A model generated the notes under the pieces. The model did not search any database, was not told the DNA's origin, and saw only the letters and a list, made by a program, of their open reading frames with translations. From Hyphochytrium catenoides (Eukaryota > Protista > Hyphochytriomycota): DNA of 46,284 nucleotides. How positions within the stretch are numbered: position 1 is the stretch's first letter; every line of letters starts with the position of its first letter. Both the position numbers and the translations under genes were made by a program. The stretch lies in contig FLMG01001075.1 of the NCBI GenBank assembly GCA_900088475.1, forward strand, positions 1 to 46,284, given 5' to 3'. Positions 21,173 to 34,065 of the stretch are shown here, one piece after another.

Positions 21173-24100
21173 TTAAAAGCGACCCTTGCGGGCTTTAGCT
21201 GAGGCAGCCAGGGCCCGTCGGTCCAACTTTTTCGACTTCCGCACTGGCGGTGCCGCAGGGAAGCCGTCCATCCCTTGACTGGGAGCAGTGGGAATTGTCT
21301 GCGACTTGAAAAAGGAAGTAAGAAATCCTGGAAGGTCATCCTTCTCGTCCTGTGGAGTGAAGAAGAACGCGCGAAGCCAAAAAATGAGAAAAAGTTGGAC
21401 AGTTCGGGCTGTGCTTCCTACGTAGAGCATACCATAGTCCCATCTAGTACTGAGATGGCATACAGAGAAAAGAGCGCCAACACTAGCTGGAACCATTGTA
21501 CCAGCAAGTACGAGCCAAAGAATACCGAGGTTACGACCTTTATGGTGGAGAGATGGGGGCGATTAGGTAAAGGGGTGTGAGAGCGCCATACAATCAAAGA
21601 GGACACACCTGCGCCGCCAGAGAAAGGAGGAAAATGGGACTACAAATCTTTCGCGTCTTAACCGCCGCCAGTATGTACGAAATTAGTAGTAGCTCAGCTC
21701 CTGCAGTGCAAGAAGCATTGTTGCTTAGCCTTACTGGAGAGAATCCGAGAGGTTATCGAGGTGAGTGGCATCTTTGCTCTTTTCCCCTAGTCTCTGAATA
21801 TAGAAAAAGTTGGCAGAGCCAAGAATGTTGTCACTCACCGTTGAGGTCCAACAGAAAACTGTGATGAGATACGCCCTCAACCAAGAAGCTGAGAGGCAGT
21901 ACTAGCCGAAAGAAGGCTACCATGGCGGTGGGACCCTGAGCGCAGAACAACTGGACCAAAAAAGCGTACCACAGACAGACCGGAGCCCATGGTGGAGCCC
22001 AAGGGATAACGTAGGCCACCAGATACGGAAAGGCGTAGAGGAATGTGAAGCAGAACGCAACGTGATGATTGGCTGAGACTGCCATAAAAGCCCGGTGATG
22101 GAACTTGAAGACCCAGGTCATCACTGTAAGCAGTAGTTATTAGATGAAGCACCGTCGTCCATGCGTTTTAGGGTTAACGCAAGAGGGTTCAGCCCGGAGA
22201 CAACAATTTGAGAAAGGACGCCAGAGAGTGATGCGTCGGCTCACCTTCTTTTGATAACACGGCCAGTGAGGAAAGAACAGTCTTCGACACCATCGTCATG
22301 TGCACAAACATGATCGCCAGCAATGCGTCAAATGTTACCTGGTGCGACTAAGAAGCAGAGCATGAGGCGGATCAGAAAGAACCTTTAGGTACAGTTGAGC
22401 GGAAAAGGGAGGCATAGTCAAATAGCCATCGCAACCCTAAAAGCAACAGAAGGTTTTCAATCCCTGATGGAATGTCAATTCTCACCTTCACTTTCTTCGG
22501 CTCCTCGGTTCTTCTCTCGGTGCCACGGTGAGCCTCGGTAGAAGCCGGCACCGCGACGGTTGCGCTCCCTTTTGCCGCTGCTCCGTCTGGCTTAGTCTGC
22601 CTGCGGCGGGAAGGCTTTTCTCCTTCTCGTTTCGACTTGGGGGGAGAAGCTGCAGGAGCGACAGGAGAAGCAGGCCGCTTGGTTCTAGGTGTTCCAACCC
22701 TGGGGGTTGCATCTCTACTTCCGTCCCTCTTCTGACTGCTTAGCTCTTGCTCCCGACTTCTTCTTTTGGGCGATGGCTCCTTTGAGACAATGACGACACC
22801 GTCATCTTCCCTTTCTTCTGCTAGTATCTCCTCTACTGGCTCGGAAGTGAGCGCTTCCACTTCCTCCTCTGGCATTTGGGACTCTTCAACATTAGAGACG
22901 ACCTCAGGGGACTGTTCCTCTTCCACCACAGGCTGCTTCGAATCATTGCTGTCGTCCTCCCCGTCTTCCATCTCGTCTCTTATATCTCCCATCTCTCTCC
23001 CCGCGTTATCCTCAACGTCCCCCTCATGAACCTCTTCTCCTCCTTCCGACGGCTCACTATTAAGACTAGCACTGCGCTGTGAGCGCGGTTCGGTTGTTTC
23101 GCCTTCATCTTCCTCAGTGCCGGTGGCGGAAACCGAGCTCTTGCTATCAGAGTCTGGTCCTGGTTCGGGGGCAATATCCTCCGCCTTGATATGCTTAGTG
23201 GCGACCACCGCTCCTTCTTCTTCGCTCCCTCCGGCAGATGCCGTCTTTGCGGCTGACTCCATGGTCGCAGAATGTGGAGGAGTGTAGGTCTCTCCCTCAG
23301 AGTCAAAAACGCCTGGCCCCACCGCCGCTTTCGGCGATTCAACATAATTCTTCGGTTCGACGACGGGAAGGCGGCCGCTAGAGGATGAGACCAACGTTTG
23401 TTCTTTGGAAGAAGAAGGAGCCGTAGATGAGGCTTGACCGCTTCCAAAGGTGGAAGGCTTACTTTTGATAGTGTTGGCCTGCACGTAGACCTTTGTTGGT
23501 GCCTGCTTATAGAACTCCTTGTACGTCTTCGCAGACCGCTCCCTCTCTGACTTGTTCTTCTGTTTCTTAGCACTTGTCTTTGAGCCTTTATCAGATCTAC
23601 CGTCAGGTTTCCGCTGCCCTACCTCCACGCTTTGAACCTCTCTCTCGTGAGCAGGTGTGTACCGTGGTGGGGAGGGCTTTGGAGACCTAGACGAACTGCC
23701 GTCCACGGGCAACATTGGACTACTATTCACCTTCGTGTTCCGGCCTTTCGCAGATTCCGCAGTGCCAAACCTTCCACCCGAGTCTGCGCCATAAGGAGCC
23801 CTCGAGGGTATCGGAGGCACTGGCTTTCCTATAACCCCGCCCCTCACAGAGCTTGATCTTGCGCCACTCGCCCCTCCCTTACTTGTGGGCGGGGGCTGCC
23901 TTCTGATATCTACGGCACTGGAAAGGCTCGCCCAAGATGTCTCATTAGGCTTCCCGCCTTGAGGCCGAGAAGCTGAGAGAAAGCTCATGTCTGGGGACAA
24001 CATAGGAACAGCGGGCTGGAAGGTCTTTGGGAAGCCTGCCGGCGGGACAGAGCTCTGTCGACCCTCTTGAAGAGGCAGCCCAGCACGAGATGAGCCTGAG

Positions 24101-25073
24101 GGCCCCACCGAAGCCGCACGGGGCATCCCGACAGGCCCTGGAGAGGAAAACGGAGAAAATGTATGCCTAGAGGAGAAGCCTGGCTGACTTCCTAATTGGT
24201 TGTCCTGATAGTGGTTCTCTGCCCTAAGTGTTGGGACAATCGGTCCAACAAAGCTGGTCTTCGGAGACAGCTGAGGCGTGTCTGTTGAAGGAGCTGTCGT
24301 CTTTGGTGACAGATAACCGCCCATACCTCCTTGTGAGTACATGTACTGGTGCTGTGCACGGGTGAGAAGACAGGGAGAAGAAAGTGAGCGAGAAAAGACA
24401 CATGTTTGAGATCAACCCATAGACAATGGCAGGACCAAGGGGTGGCTTGCTTGTAGTGGGGAGGCCAGAACAAGCAAGCGACTGACCTGGAAGCTCAAGG
24501 CTGGAGGCGCATTATCCGACCATCGCGGTAGAGGCGGATCTTGTCTGCTATGCTGAAGCCCGTAAGATTGCTGCTCATAAAACGAAGAAAGCTCCTCTTG
24601 CCCCGATCCGTAGAACCTCGCAGGTGATCTAGTATAGGAGGTCGCCCCACCCTGTGCGTGAGGAAGACTGGTGGGAGAAGAGACATTTGCATAGGAAGGA
24701 CTCATGCCGATGATGCCGACAGAGCTTGGCCTGGCGGCGAAAGCTGAGTCCATTGCATAGCCACCTAAGGAGCTAAGCAGGCCGGGTGGGAGCTTTGGCC
24801 CCTGGTCCTCTCTCCTCTCCATTGAGGGAAGGTATAGGCCTGCTCCAGGAGTTGGAGCAGGCCTAGTTGTCGAGCTCCAACCTTTGAAGTCATTCTGCTT
24901 TTGCTTGCTGCGGATCCCCAACAGAAGAAAGAATAGCGATAAGGATTACAGTTCACCCCGAACTCGAAAGCATGTGAAGTTGTTGCCTACCTCTTCCGTG
25001 GAGGGCTGTCCGCGATGCCATCCGGCAAGAAGTACGCGGCGTAATCCGAGTCTGAATCTGAATCGTCTTTCAT
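21173..25073 (-). CDS. Uncharacterised protein: about 790-aa low-complexity Ser/Pro/Glu-rich N-terminus plus C-terminal multi-pass membrane domain, 8 exons, about 1040 aa
   Basis: Phase-consistent exons: 25073-24991, 24907-24487, 24351-22486, 22338-22245, 22123-21839, 21700-21609, 21537-21433, 21349-21173. Hydrophobic region HHVAFCFTFLYAFPYLVAYVIPWAPPWAPVCLWYAFLVQLFC...EGVSHHSFLLDLNGAELLLISYILAAVK...; basic tail. Confidence 0.82.
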
Positions 25074-25305
25074 CTTAAAGTTGTGAGAACCTCATCTGGA
25101 AAGCTGCGCCGGCGCCAAACATAACTAAAGCTGGGGCCTGCCAAGCCACGGCACGTCTTCTCCAGACGTCTACTCCTCGGCTGTCAAGAATTGTACCAAG
25201 GTAGTACCGGGCGTACTGCGTGAGGACTCGTACAGAAAATATGCGCTGGTGTTGAAGCGTACCACTAGAAGACTTGATCTGGGCACTTAAGACTACTCTC
25301 GGCCA

Positions 25306-25353
25306 CCCACAAACTGAATGAGTGACGCCCACAAACTCAATGAATGACGCCCA
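25306..25353. repeat. Tandem 22-bp duplication upstream of the membrane-protein gene
   Basis: CCCACAAACTGAATGAGTGACG CCCACAAACTCAATGAATGACG CCCA. Confidence 0.8.
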
Positions 25354-25570
25354 ACGAAGCTCTGCAGACCATCAGGTCCGCAAAGACCAGAAAATCTCAA
25401 ACTGCAACGTCTGTGGAACAAGAGAGCAACCACATGTTCGCTTCTCTATCAGATCTGAGGCTGTCATGCAGTGGAGTGCGAGCACGATGGGATGGCCAGT
25501 GGAGACAGGCTGGGGAGAAAGATAGATACAGATAATAACAATAAAACCAAGGGCGCCAAGTTAAAGGGCT

Positions 25571-25606
25571 GGCGAGGGGAAGGGCGAGGGGAAGGGCGAG
25601 GGGAAG
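25571..25606. repeat. Three tandem copies of GGCGAGGGGAAG
   Basis: Directly visible 12-bp unit x3. Confidence 0.9.
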
Positions 25607-25663
25607 AAAAGAGAGGGAAAGAGACAGAAAGAAGAGAGAGAGACGAAGAGAGAGAGACGCAAA

Positions 25664-25666
<3 letters not shown>

Positions 25667-25712
<46 letters not shown>
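25667..25712. repeat. (AG)n microsatellite in the divergent intergenic region
   Basis: Perfect AG run. Confidence 0.95.
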
Positions 25713-25715
<3 letters not shown>

Positions 25716-26584
25716 CAATATTGTTGTTTCTCTTGGCTCTTGGCTCACTGAGTGGCTGACGGGTTAGCAGTTCTATCCTTTGAGAGCAAAAGTGCAAAAA
25801 AGTGAGCTCCCCGTCTGTAGCTCTGAGCACTCTGTCTCTCAGTATGTGCCCTGGTCAGTTATGTATTGCCATTAGTTCGGTCATCTGGCCGTATCTCTGC
25901 GGCTCTCTCACTCCCAGTGTCCTCTAGCTTCTCTGCTTCCCTCTTTTACGGCTCAAAATTCGGTTGGACTTTGTGGCTTTTTGAGAGTGAACACATTTCG
26001 AACAGTGCTCCCCTTATGTTTCTCCCTACCCACTACCACGAGGTGTGTCAGCCTAGGAAAGGACGAAAAGAACCTATTCCCACAGGTATGGAGAACAGTG
26101 GAATTAGTTCTTCCCATGGTAGTATACTTTGGAATAGGAAAGCCCTTGGGAAGTAATATCCACGATAAAAGAATATTGGATACTGAATAAAGGTCCTGGT
26201 GATGTTTGGCGGTGTTGAGGGAAAGACAAGAAGAAGCGGCGGCCGTTATAGTTGTTGCCCTTTCAACAGCGCTCAGTCTTGATGATGGCCGGGGGACGGC
26301 GAGAGATCTTCATGAAGAAATCTGCAGATTCTCCTGGCTTGTCCCTTCTCTAACATCAAGGGCTTTATGATGTTTGTTCTTGGGTCTGATCGAAGAGGGG
26401 GAAGAAGAGTCATTTGATATATCATTGGGGTGACCAGGCGTGAGGGTTGTCATTACTCTATGCTACCGGGCGGCAGTGGTCGATGGATAGAAAGTGCGAC
26501 GAGCTTAACTTAAAAACTTGACGCAATGACGGGGTGCACTGAGTATCTAGGAGTCAGCTGATCAGGTTTATAGAAGACGGAAGG

Positions 26585-29500
26585 ATGTCCAGCCTCCTTC
26601 TTGACTGGCTGAATGAGGAGGTGGTCCTCAGCCGGCAGGTCACCTTCTTAGAGGTTGACTTTGCCAACGGGTACTTGTTTGGTGAGCTGCTATCGAAGTT
26701 CAACCAGCAACAGAACCTAGACTCATTCAGCGACAAGGAGACAACAGAAGCAAAGATGTTAAATTTCTGTCTGCTAGAACCCTCTCTTGCTGCCCTGAAT
26801 ATACCTTTCAATGCTCAGATAGCAGAGAAGATTATGCGGCGTCAAGAGGGAGTCACGAAGAAGCTTCTCTATCAGATTAAGGTAGGCTAGCGCGGAGGCA
26901 GAGACTTCAGATTTACCTGCATTTGCATAACATTAGTTCAAATGAAAGGGAAAAGTGGGGAGAAGTGGTAACATTCAAAAGGCACAAGAAGTGTAATCTC
27001 TGTTGGCAAGATCTAGAAGCAGTAGCCGAACCTTCTGTGATAGGAAATGGAGTCGTCTCATTACTACGATCGTCTCACCGTGATCGTCTCACCATTGACC
27101 TCCCAGATGAACTTTGACTCCATGGGGCCTACGAGGGTTGTTATTCCGGCTCAGAAAGAAGTAAAGACTGGGCCGAGAAAGCTCATGAACTTCCCAGCGC
27201 AGACTAGAAAGCACGAGTACCAGGAGGCTAACCATCGGCACTTTGAGTACTTCATCGGCAGTCTAGCAGAGAGTGACAAAAGCATCAGGATGGAAAGGTG
27301 TGGACTTTACCTCTCGCTTCCTTCTCTGTGTTCCAGGATCTGATTCGACGTCATCGTCTCGTAGCTCTCTTCTTTCCTCAGTCTATGTTATTTGCAGAAG
27401 TCTCTCTGATCTCCTCCTCATGACCTTGCGACCATTCTAACCTGCAACCCTGATACCCTGCCAGAGCTCTGAAGCGATTTACAGAGGCAGGAGAACAGTA
27501 CGAGAGGGATCAGAAGCGAAACAAGGAGGATGTCGTGCAGTACGCCCAGTGGCTTACACAAGAAAGGAAGAGACTGGGAAAGTATCGGCTGGAGTCTAAG
27601 AAAGCCAGAGAGAAGGTTATTATCATGAAAGGCCTTTCTATCCACACACTCTTCTCTCTCAACATCTATCCCTTGACCTCTTAGTCATATTACGTACAAG
27701 AGCGTATGGCAGCAGAAGGTAGCTCTTACGCGCGTCCGGTGGCCCCAGCTTTTGCTCTTCACCTCTGAGCTTCTTCGTCACTCAACCTTCTACCTTTTCT
27801 AGCCTCTCCTTGTCAGCTCTGGTTTATTCTGAACAACTGACGAGGTCTAAGTATACCCTTTGTGAACAACATAGTCCCGAGAGGATAGCAACCTTGGAGT
27901 CCACAAAGAGAGTCTAGCCAGAAAGGCCAGCAGAGAGGAGCGGGAGCGCAGGTTTGGACAGAAGCTTCAAGCAGAAAAGGCACAAAAGCAGGTAAGATAT
28001 CCATATTCTTCTAGATTTTACTCTACCGAGGTGCAGCCTGCCTAAGCTCTTCTTCTGTTGCTGATGTCGGTTTCCTCCCGTCACCCTTACTCACTTGTGA
28101 CCCGATATCAGGAGCAGGTGCGGCTTGCCGAGCGCAGTGCCATGAAGGAGGAGATGACAGCCATAGAGCAGGTGAGAAAGAACACGAGACACCGACGTAA
28201 AACCCTGCTGAAATCCAGGCCTGCAACAGAAGAGTATAGTGCCTATTTATTGTGAGGGATATGGAGAAAAGAAGAAGAGGTGAAGTGGTGAAAAGCCTCT
28301 GTGCCCATTGCTTTGACGACAGTAGAGAGAGGGAGGAAGTCAAAGAAGAAAGAGTCAAAGGCGTTTAACTAACCTCTCACAGGCCTTATCGCAGAAGCAC
28401 AATGAATTGTCTCCGGAAGAGAGAGAGAGAGAGGTGGCCAATCTGTTCATTCAGGGGGAGCACCAGACATTTCTAGACAAAGAATACATGGCGGCTGCCG
28501 CTACTGACTATATCCAGAGCATCAAAAAGAAAAGGCAGGAAGGGGCAGCGCGAAGGGAGGGTAGACGACAGAGAAGGAGGGAGTACTTGGTCCAAAACAA
28601 CCAGGAGAAAGTGAGCCAGAGCATGAGAGATAGAGTTCAGATAATGGAGGCAGCGCTTCATCAGACCTGCTCTGCTGAAAGGCAAATCGGGGTGCGTGTC
28701 CAGCTTGCATACTTTCCCTGCTGTGGATGCCATGCAGAGCTAGCACTTTCTCTCTCTCAAGCGTGTACCTTATTATCCTCTAACATGGATGTGGCATGGT
28801 CTCCACTGTTAGTCTGCCCCTCTCATGGTTTTTTCTCCTACCGCTCTCACTTGTCCTCTTCTTGTGCTCACCCTGCTTTGTTCACGGTGCGATTTCGTAC
28901 TTATGATCTCAGGAGAGAATTGAAAAAATCCAGAAGTACGCTAGAGTCTCTGTGCTGAACAGGGAGAATAGAGAACAGCAATACGAGGCAAGAAGACGAG
29001 AGGATGCAAAAGAAGCTTTAGAGAAGGACATGGCACACTTTGACCTCCACTTTAAGCGCTATGACGATGATGTTGCAGCCCATCAGGAGACGTTCTCGCG
29101 CTCCTTGGAGACAAGAAAGGCAGCTTCTCATTCTAGAGTCCAAGATCTCTGCCAAGAGACAGTGGAGTCTCTTCTTGGCTTGGCTATGGCGGCTGCGGCC
29201 ACTCGCGAGGTAATAAGTTAGCACGAAGGGGAGAGGAGGAGCAATTCAGATGCGAACCTGGTAGCCCTGCTGTCTCTAATTTGCCCAGCCGCCTTGGTTG
29301 CTCAGTCTGTCGCACGCTGTTGAGGCTCTTGCCGTCCTATATGTTCTGGTGGCAGCCAAGCACCTCCCCAGTGCTCTCTAACTTCTAATTATCCACCTCC
29401 ACCGTATCCACCAGGATTTGGATCTTGTGCCTTCTGTTGGTCAAGAGAAGGACTCAGAGATGTTACCTAACGAGCTGTGGTCGGATCTGAAGTTAAATTT

Positions 29501-30881
29501 TGTGAAAGGACACAAAGTACAAGTCCCTTGGACCGACCTCTCTCTCTCCTGTGAGATCTCAGATTTTCTTTGCTCAAGGGGATTTTGGGCTTATTCGTTT
29601 TCAAATGAGGTAAGAGTCCTTCTATCGCCCTTTGTTCACAGCCTTGGGTGGAGCCTTCCCTCTCTTTGCGTGTCCTTCCGCCTCTTTATCCGAGAAGCTT
29701 CTCCTTTTCCGACTGTCCTTTCCTTAGGTAATTGTTTACCGTCCTTTTCGGTCTCTTTCTCTCTCTAATGGTCCAGTCCTTATAGTTCGTCTATTTCATA
29801 GGCTCAGGAATTGCAGAGGTATTTCCTAGGGGACGTCATCCAGCATGTTCGGCTTTGTTATTCCCCTCTTTCTCCTCCACCACCTCTTCCTCGTCTTCCT
29901 CGCTATCCACTGCATGTAGCACTCCTAGGGAGTCCCTTCAGTGGGAAAAGAGTGCTGGCGGAGAGACTTGCAACAAAGTTTGGCCTTCGCGTGATAGACA
30001 CCAGCCGTCTGATTGAGGATGCGCTTCAATCCTACTTCGAGTCCGCCAGAAGGGGAGAGAAAGAGAGTTCTGACGAACAGAACACATTGGTTGGGCTGGG
30101 CAAGAAAGTCCACAGCCGTCTTTCTCTCGGGAAGGAAATAGAAGATTCTACATATATCGAGCTGATCGTCCATGCAATTGAGGAAGGACAAAATGCTATA
30201 CACCTTCAAGTAGAGCAAAGCTCGCGTGAGGAAGCAGCCAAAGACCGCAGCTTGGTTAGTGATATTCAACGAGGAGGATGGCTCCTTTGTGACTTCCCTG
30301 CGAATTTGGATCAAGCCAAGCTGCTCCAGGTTGCTCTCACGGGACGAGGAGAAAGCGTCGTTCTCCCCTCTCCTCACTCGGCAGACAGTGTTCTGGCTCC
30401 CGCAACACCCAGTTCCTCTTCTTCCGCTTCTGAGGCGCTTCCAGGACAGAGCGGTCTCCACCTCGTCTTCAACATTGCTCCCGACGTCATGCAGGTCCTT
30501 CTGCGAGCCCTTGGAAGGCGAGTCGACTCTCTCTCGGGAGAGGAATACCATCTAGCAATGAAACCTCCTCCTATGGATGAGCCAATCAAGTTCCGTTTAC
30601 GAATAGGGGAGGAAGAAAAGCATAAACGTAGTCTTCTTCCGGTTAAGATATCTTCCCATCAGCACTGTTCCTTGCCTCTGGAAGCGTGGTATAACAAGTA
30701 TAATGCCTGGTTGCCGCTCTCGACGGGGTCCGTAGACTCTATGTTCCTCGAGGTTGATCAAACCATTGCGACCTTTCTTCGACAGAGAGCGGAGACGAGA
30801 GTGAAGAAAAGGCAAAAGGAGGATGAGGTAGGATCTCTCTCTGTCTCTCTCTTTTCTCTCTGTCTCTCTCTCTTCTCTCTG

Positions 30882-30925
<44 letters not shown>

Positions 30926-33763
30926 TCTCTCTGTCTCTCTCTGTCTCTCTCTTCCTTTTACCAGTGAGATATCCGTTTGTTTCCATAAGCATTGATGTGT
31001 GAAATGCAGCTGACGCTATCTCTGCACCTGAATTTAGTGCTTCGCTTCAGTTCTCGCGATGTATCTCTTTTCTTACCGCTGCTGACTTGGTAAGTTTATC
31101 TTTTTATTACCCCGTTAGGCGACAGAAAAAGCCAGAAGACAGCGTAACATTTTGAGGAAGCAGAAGATGGAGCTAGACCAGCGCATTCTGCGGCTGAAGA
31201 CCGACTTGGATGAGATGAAAAATAACGCCACCGCAGGGGGAAAGACCAAGGATAAGGACAAGAGCAAACAGCTGCAAGCAGATATAGAGGCCGCCAGCCA
31301 GGGCATCCTGCGGGCAGAGGAAGAAAGAGATCGATGCATGAAGAGTCTGCAAGAGATCGGCAGCCAACAGAAGGGCGAAGAGGAAGAGAAGGGAATCGCG
31401 TCATCGGTCTCTGTAAATCCTTCTGTTGTTGGACATCTCCCGCCCCCTGCGTCTCTCGCAGAAGTATGGACAAGGACTTGGAATGCTATAGAGGCGCACT
31501 TTTGCCAAGTGACTGAGAAGGTCATGAGGAGAGTGAGAGACCTAAATGTGGAGCGAGTGCGTTACTTCGTGGAGGAGAGGGAGAACTTTGCTCGATTCCT
31601 CTGCCGCAAGGACGAGAAACAGGAGCTTCTTGATGAGTTTGTTTTAGAATTCAACGGCTCTGTGGAGATGGATCTGCGCTATGATGGGGATGTGAAGGCA
31701 GAACTTCACTTAAGAACAGACCAGCTCCTAGAGAAGGTAAGTGGCCATTGAATCTAGAATCAGGAATGGGAGGCAACCGGACCGCGATGGGAACGTAGAC
31801 TCACCAGAGTGAGAGAGGATGTAGACCCGAGAGCAGGAATACGAAGCGAGAGTTATTGGCATAGGGACAAAGTTCTGGATTTTTGGATTGCACTGAATAC
31901 CTTGGCCACAAGCAGCCAGGACATAGATATAAGACTGCTTCCAAGTTTGCCATTCGCTTCTTACCTCTCCTGTACGTCTCATATCTTGTACAGCTTCTCG
32001 GAACCTGCGACCGGAGAGAACTGGAAAATGCTGAAGAAGTCTCTCGTATCCGTAAGGGAGGACTAATGGAGAAGCAGCTGGAGACACTTCTCCTCTCTTA
32101 TCTGATTCTATTAGAGGAAGAGATACTGAAGTTCAAGGTCTCGAAGCAGTTGCTGCACGACTACGTTTCCCTTTGTGTACAGAGACAGGCTAGTCTTCCA
32201 GAACGAGGAAGTGACCCTGATATACCTGGCCTTTCTTCTTCTTCATTAGATATGCCGTCTGCTTTGTCCGAGGACGCAGGCACACTCTTTCAGAGGTTAT
32301 TGCGAGAAAAAGAGGTCCAATTGCTTGAAGCTGCAGCCGGAGCAGGAGGAACAGGAGCTGCTGGCATGGCAGCAAAGAAGGGAGGTGGAGCGGGAGGAGC
32401 TCCAAGAAAGTCAAAGGGGGATCTTGCACGACAGGACTCCATGAGAGACGAAAAACGGAATTCTTTACTTCCTGGTCCGCTTTCTCCATCCTCTATGGTG
32501 GAGGTCTTTGTTATGGCTTGCGACCAGCTTCTGGGCCGCGCCAATCCAGGTCTTGTCCCGCAAAGTGGGACTGCTAGTCAGGATAACAAGCAAGCGAAAG
32601 TTAAAAAGAGGAAGACCGGGTTGGATGAGGAGGGGGAGTCGAAGAAGGGCAATTCATCTGATCCGGGCAGTCCAGAGTGGCATGTGGGGAGAGAGTATGA
32701 ACGTTTGCAAGGAAGGGCAGATCAGATAAAGAGAAAAGTTAAGGCTACTTCCGACTCTCTCCTCGCTGACTTTAAGCGAGAGGAAGAGAAATATGAGAGA
32801 GCCGCTCAAAAGCGTGTGGAGGGAGAAAAGGCGGCTGTGGAGTGTGTCAGCCGGCACATCCGAGATGCCATTGAGGGTGAGCAGAAGCTCACGCAGAGAA
32901 TCTCCATTCAGGTTAGTGACCTACTTCTGGACTGTCTGATAGAGACAGAGCTCATTCTCCACCTCTATCCATTCCTGTATGGCCTTTTCTACTTGGCCCT
33001 CTGACTGTTTTGTCTCACTGTGGGTTCGCTCTCTATCCTAACCTTTCATAATATCGTTTGGTCGTTGATTATGAGCTTCTGGCCTACCTGTTCTGCCGTA
33101 GTAGTAACTCCATCCCCATGAAGCATGCGCAGAAGCTGACGTCTCCTCTCCCACATCATCACCCTTCCCTCCTCCCCAAAAATCTATATTGTTTGGCGGC
33201 GTAAAGGGCTCGTTCTGTTACCGCTTTCCTTCTCTTCTCATCCTCCCAGCAGACACATCCCCTCGCGTTCTCAGTCACCAGCTTCTCAGTACTGAGGAGG
33301 TCTGCAGACCATACTATGGACCTTGGGAGAAAGAGTCGAAAGAACAAGAGGAGAAGCTCTTATATGGAAGAGAGTCATTGCAGAGCGGAGTACTCTTTTT
33401 GTCAAGTTTAGGCTTAGGGCCTGGCGGCTCTTTCCTCGTAGAGGAGCTCAGCCCAGAGATAATAAAGCTTGTCATGGGACTCTCTCCAGGGCAGCTAACC
33501 CCTCAGGCTTCAGTAGACAAGGTTAATACTCATGTCAAGAAAATCATATTCTGGCTCGTTCCTCCTCTATTCTTTTCATTATTCAACCCTCAAACCAGCC
33601 TGAATTTTGTGCGTCAAGGCCTAACTATCCTTGCTTTTGTCTTTGTTAACCACAGGTACTCTCAGGATTGATAGAGGAGATTGAAGGAGAAGAGAGGATA
33701 AGTCAGGAAAGGCTTCTTTCTTCCATTGCATCAGGTTCCTTCGATGAACTGCTCCAGGCTTAG
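26585..33763 (+). CDS. SPEF2: Sperm flagellar protein 2 / CPC1-like central-pair protein (CH_2 domain, coiled coil, adenylate-kinase-like domain), about 13 exons
   Basis: N-terminus MSSLLLDWLNEEV...DFANGYLFGELLSKFNQQ...AKMLNFCLLEPSL...KKLLYQIK (SPEF2-type calponin homology). ADK-like VALLGSPFSGKRVLAERLATKF, GWLLCDFPANLDQAKLL, RALGRRVDSLSGEEYHL. SPEF2-typical FARFLCRKDEKQELLDEFVLEFN...DLRYDGDVKAELHLR. GT-AG junctions are phase-consistent; the last exon (33656-33763) is less certain. Confidence 0.9.
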
Positions 33764-34065
33764 CACTGCTGGTAATGCCTAAGAGAATCGTTCGTCTGTC
33801 ATCGTTCGGCTTCCACCTCTTCTTTCCGATGCTCCCTAGGCTATCCTTGCCCTCTTTTCTCTTTGTTAGCAGTTTCTGGCCCATCCGTACGCGTACAGAT
33901 CGCGACATTGCAAATAAATACTCCTATCTATGTCTTGGCAAAGGAAAGGCAAAGCGGTTGCTCTCTCTGTAATAGAATGCTGTGACTGTATAGACCGAGT
34001 CCCTCCTTGTCGTTGCTTATAGGCGCTTCTCACTTCCTAGTGCCTTCCTCTAAGTCTACAGTCCA

